Shown here piece by piece: positions 30,763-32,000 of a stretch of 32,000 bases of DNA. Position 1 is the first letter of the stretch. Each line of letters starts with the position of its first letter. The notes beneath the pieces are model-generated. The model did no database searches, was not told the origin of the DNA, and saw only the letters and a list, made by a program, of their open reading frames with translations. Origin of the DNA: Acaryochloris marina S15 (GTDB taxonomy: Bacteria; Cyanobacteriota; Cyanobacteriia; Thermosynechococcales; Thermosynechococcaceae); the NCBI RefSeq assembly GCF_018336915.1, contig NZ_CP064926.1:219810-251809 (forward strand), read 5' to 3'. The translations under genes were made by a program, and so were the position numbers.

Positions 30763-31768
30763 TATCTTATGCAACGGAGTGGATATAGCATCCCGCAATT
30801 CATCACTATTGATTTCAAGTCGTTGAGGTAATCCCGACCCCACATTAGTCCCTAAAATTTCCATTGGCGTATCATTACAGACTGAGTCTGAAGCAGAACA
30901 AAATTTAACTTTGAGACTTTCAGCTGTCAATTCACCAATCTTGACTTGGTAGATTTGCCTTAAATAGTCAATTATGGCTGTATTAAAACTATCTCCTGCA
31001 ATAGAAATGGCTTGACTATTGATAACTTGAGAGGAGCATATTACCGCCATCTCAGTAGTGCCACCACCGATATCAATGATGAGGTTGCCTTTAGGTTTCG
31101 AAATCGGAAGTCCTATCCCTAAAGCTGCAGCAATAGGTTCATCAATCAGAACAACGTCTCTTGCGCCTGCTTCCAATGCTGCTTCAGTCAAAGCTTCACC
31201 CTCTACACTGGTTGCACCACAAGAACAGCCTAGGACGAGTCGAGGGCGGAAAATTCGCGTTCCACGTTGGGCTTTACGAATGAAGGCTTGCAACATTGTT
31301 TGGGTCAGTTTGAGGTCTGCTATGACCCCATTTCTAACGGGACGGCAAACTACTACTGGTGTGCAAGTACGGCCTAGCATCTGTCTAGCAGTATTGCCTA
31401 CAGAAATTGGAGTTTGAGTGAATTGATTAATTGCAATGACTGAGGCTTCATTTAATACAACACCTTCTATGGGGCTATAAATTAAAGTATTGGAAGTTCC
31501 CAGATCTATCCCAAGCGCATTGTTCAGATGATGTAAAACGTTTAGAGTTTTCCACCATGAATCAAAGATTGGTGGGGGGGTGGTCGTGAGCCATTTATCT
31601 GGAGGAGATAATGCATAGTTCATAGGGAAAGATTGAGTTGTGATGGTTATCAGCAGAAGTTTTAAAGATAGCTTTCAGATTACTGAAGATATTTGACTAG
31701 AACCATTCAGGAACATCACTTTTTACATTTTCAATGCCTTATTCTTAACCACTCTGTGTCAAAAGAAG

Positions 31769-32000
31769 CTATCGCATCATAGGACGAGGTGGCATCCGTG
31801 TGGCAAGATCAGTGTTAGGTTTTGATACAGCAAAAAAGTCTAACTTATCTTCAAGAAGTTTTTTCTGCTTTACATTCAATCCTCGTATATTGAGGACTTC
31901 TTCAACCGTTTCATAAGGCCCATTGTTAATTATCTTTTTAGCAAGAGTTGGATAATAACCTGGGCAATTCTTAAATGCGATTGCATTGGCGTTGTTTAAA
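31769..32000 (-). CDS. psbU: PsbU-like protein (photosystem II 12-kDa extrinsic protein family), N-terminus outside the window
   Basis: My reverse translation is ...LNNANAIAFKNCPGYYPTLAKKIINNGPYETVEEVLNIRGLNVKQKKLLEDKLDFFAVSKPNTDLATRMPPRPMMR*. The helix-hairpin-helix core (FxxxPGxYPTLAxKIxxxxPYxxVEDVLNxxGL) is typical of PsbU, while the C-terminal tail is atypical. The reading frame begins at 31999. Confidence 0.65.
   Translation of the reverse strand, partial: LNNANAIAFKNCPGYYPTLAKKIINNGPYETVEEVLNIRGLNVKQKKLLEDKLDFFAVSKPNTDLATRMPPRPMMR

Overview
The window is cyanobacterial. The HIP1 palindrome GCGATCGC occurs at least 8 times, against about 0.5 expected by chance, and hypE, hypD and a psbU-like gene are present. 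I cannot name the species. An IS-rich, roughly 45-50% GC genome or plasmid such as Acaryochloris is only a guess.

Gene content from left to right:
- Two tandem two-component hybrid kinases on the minus strand (1..3360).
- hypE (3579..4691).
- Two co-directional genes of unknown function (4724..5624).
- A three-gene ABC exporter: ATPase, double-FtsX permease and HlyD adaptor (5686..10308).
- An IS hotspot (10.4-15.6 kb). An IS4-family element with a 12-bp target duplication sits at the start of a Zn-alcohol-dehydrogenase remnant. It is followed by an Hsp20 gene and an IS630-family element split into two ORFs at an A6 tract. A second IS630-family element (copy 1) splits an alpha/beta-hydrolase gene.
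- An unannotated 46-aa ribbon-helix-helix ORF.
- A four-gene fad-type beta-oxidation cluster (16865..25015). The acyl-CoA ligase and the FadN-type dehydrogenase/hydratase carry seven single-base frameshifts. The thiolase and the FadE-type dehydrogenase are intact.
- A small basic ORF, hypD, a phosphofructokinase and a DHOD-like gene.
- An mreB-like gene split by copy 2 of the same IS630 element, then a partial psbU-like gene.

I saw no rRNA, tRNA or CRISPR array. The points most worth a second look are the beta-oxidation cluster in a cyanobacterium, the fact that every frameshift is a homopolymer deletion, the exact reconstruction of three IS-disrupted genes, and the unknown gene pair next to hypE.
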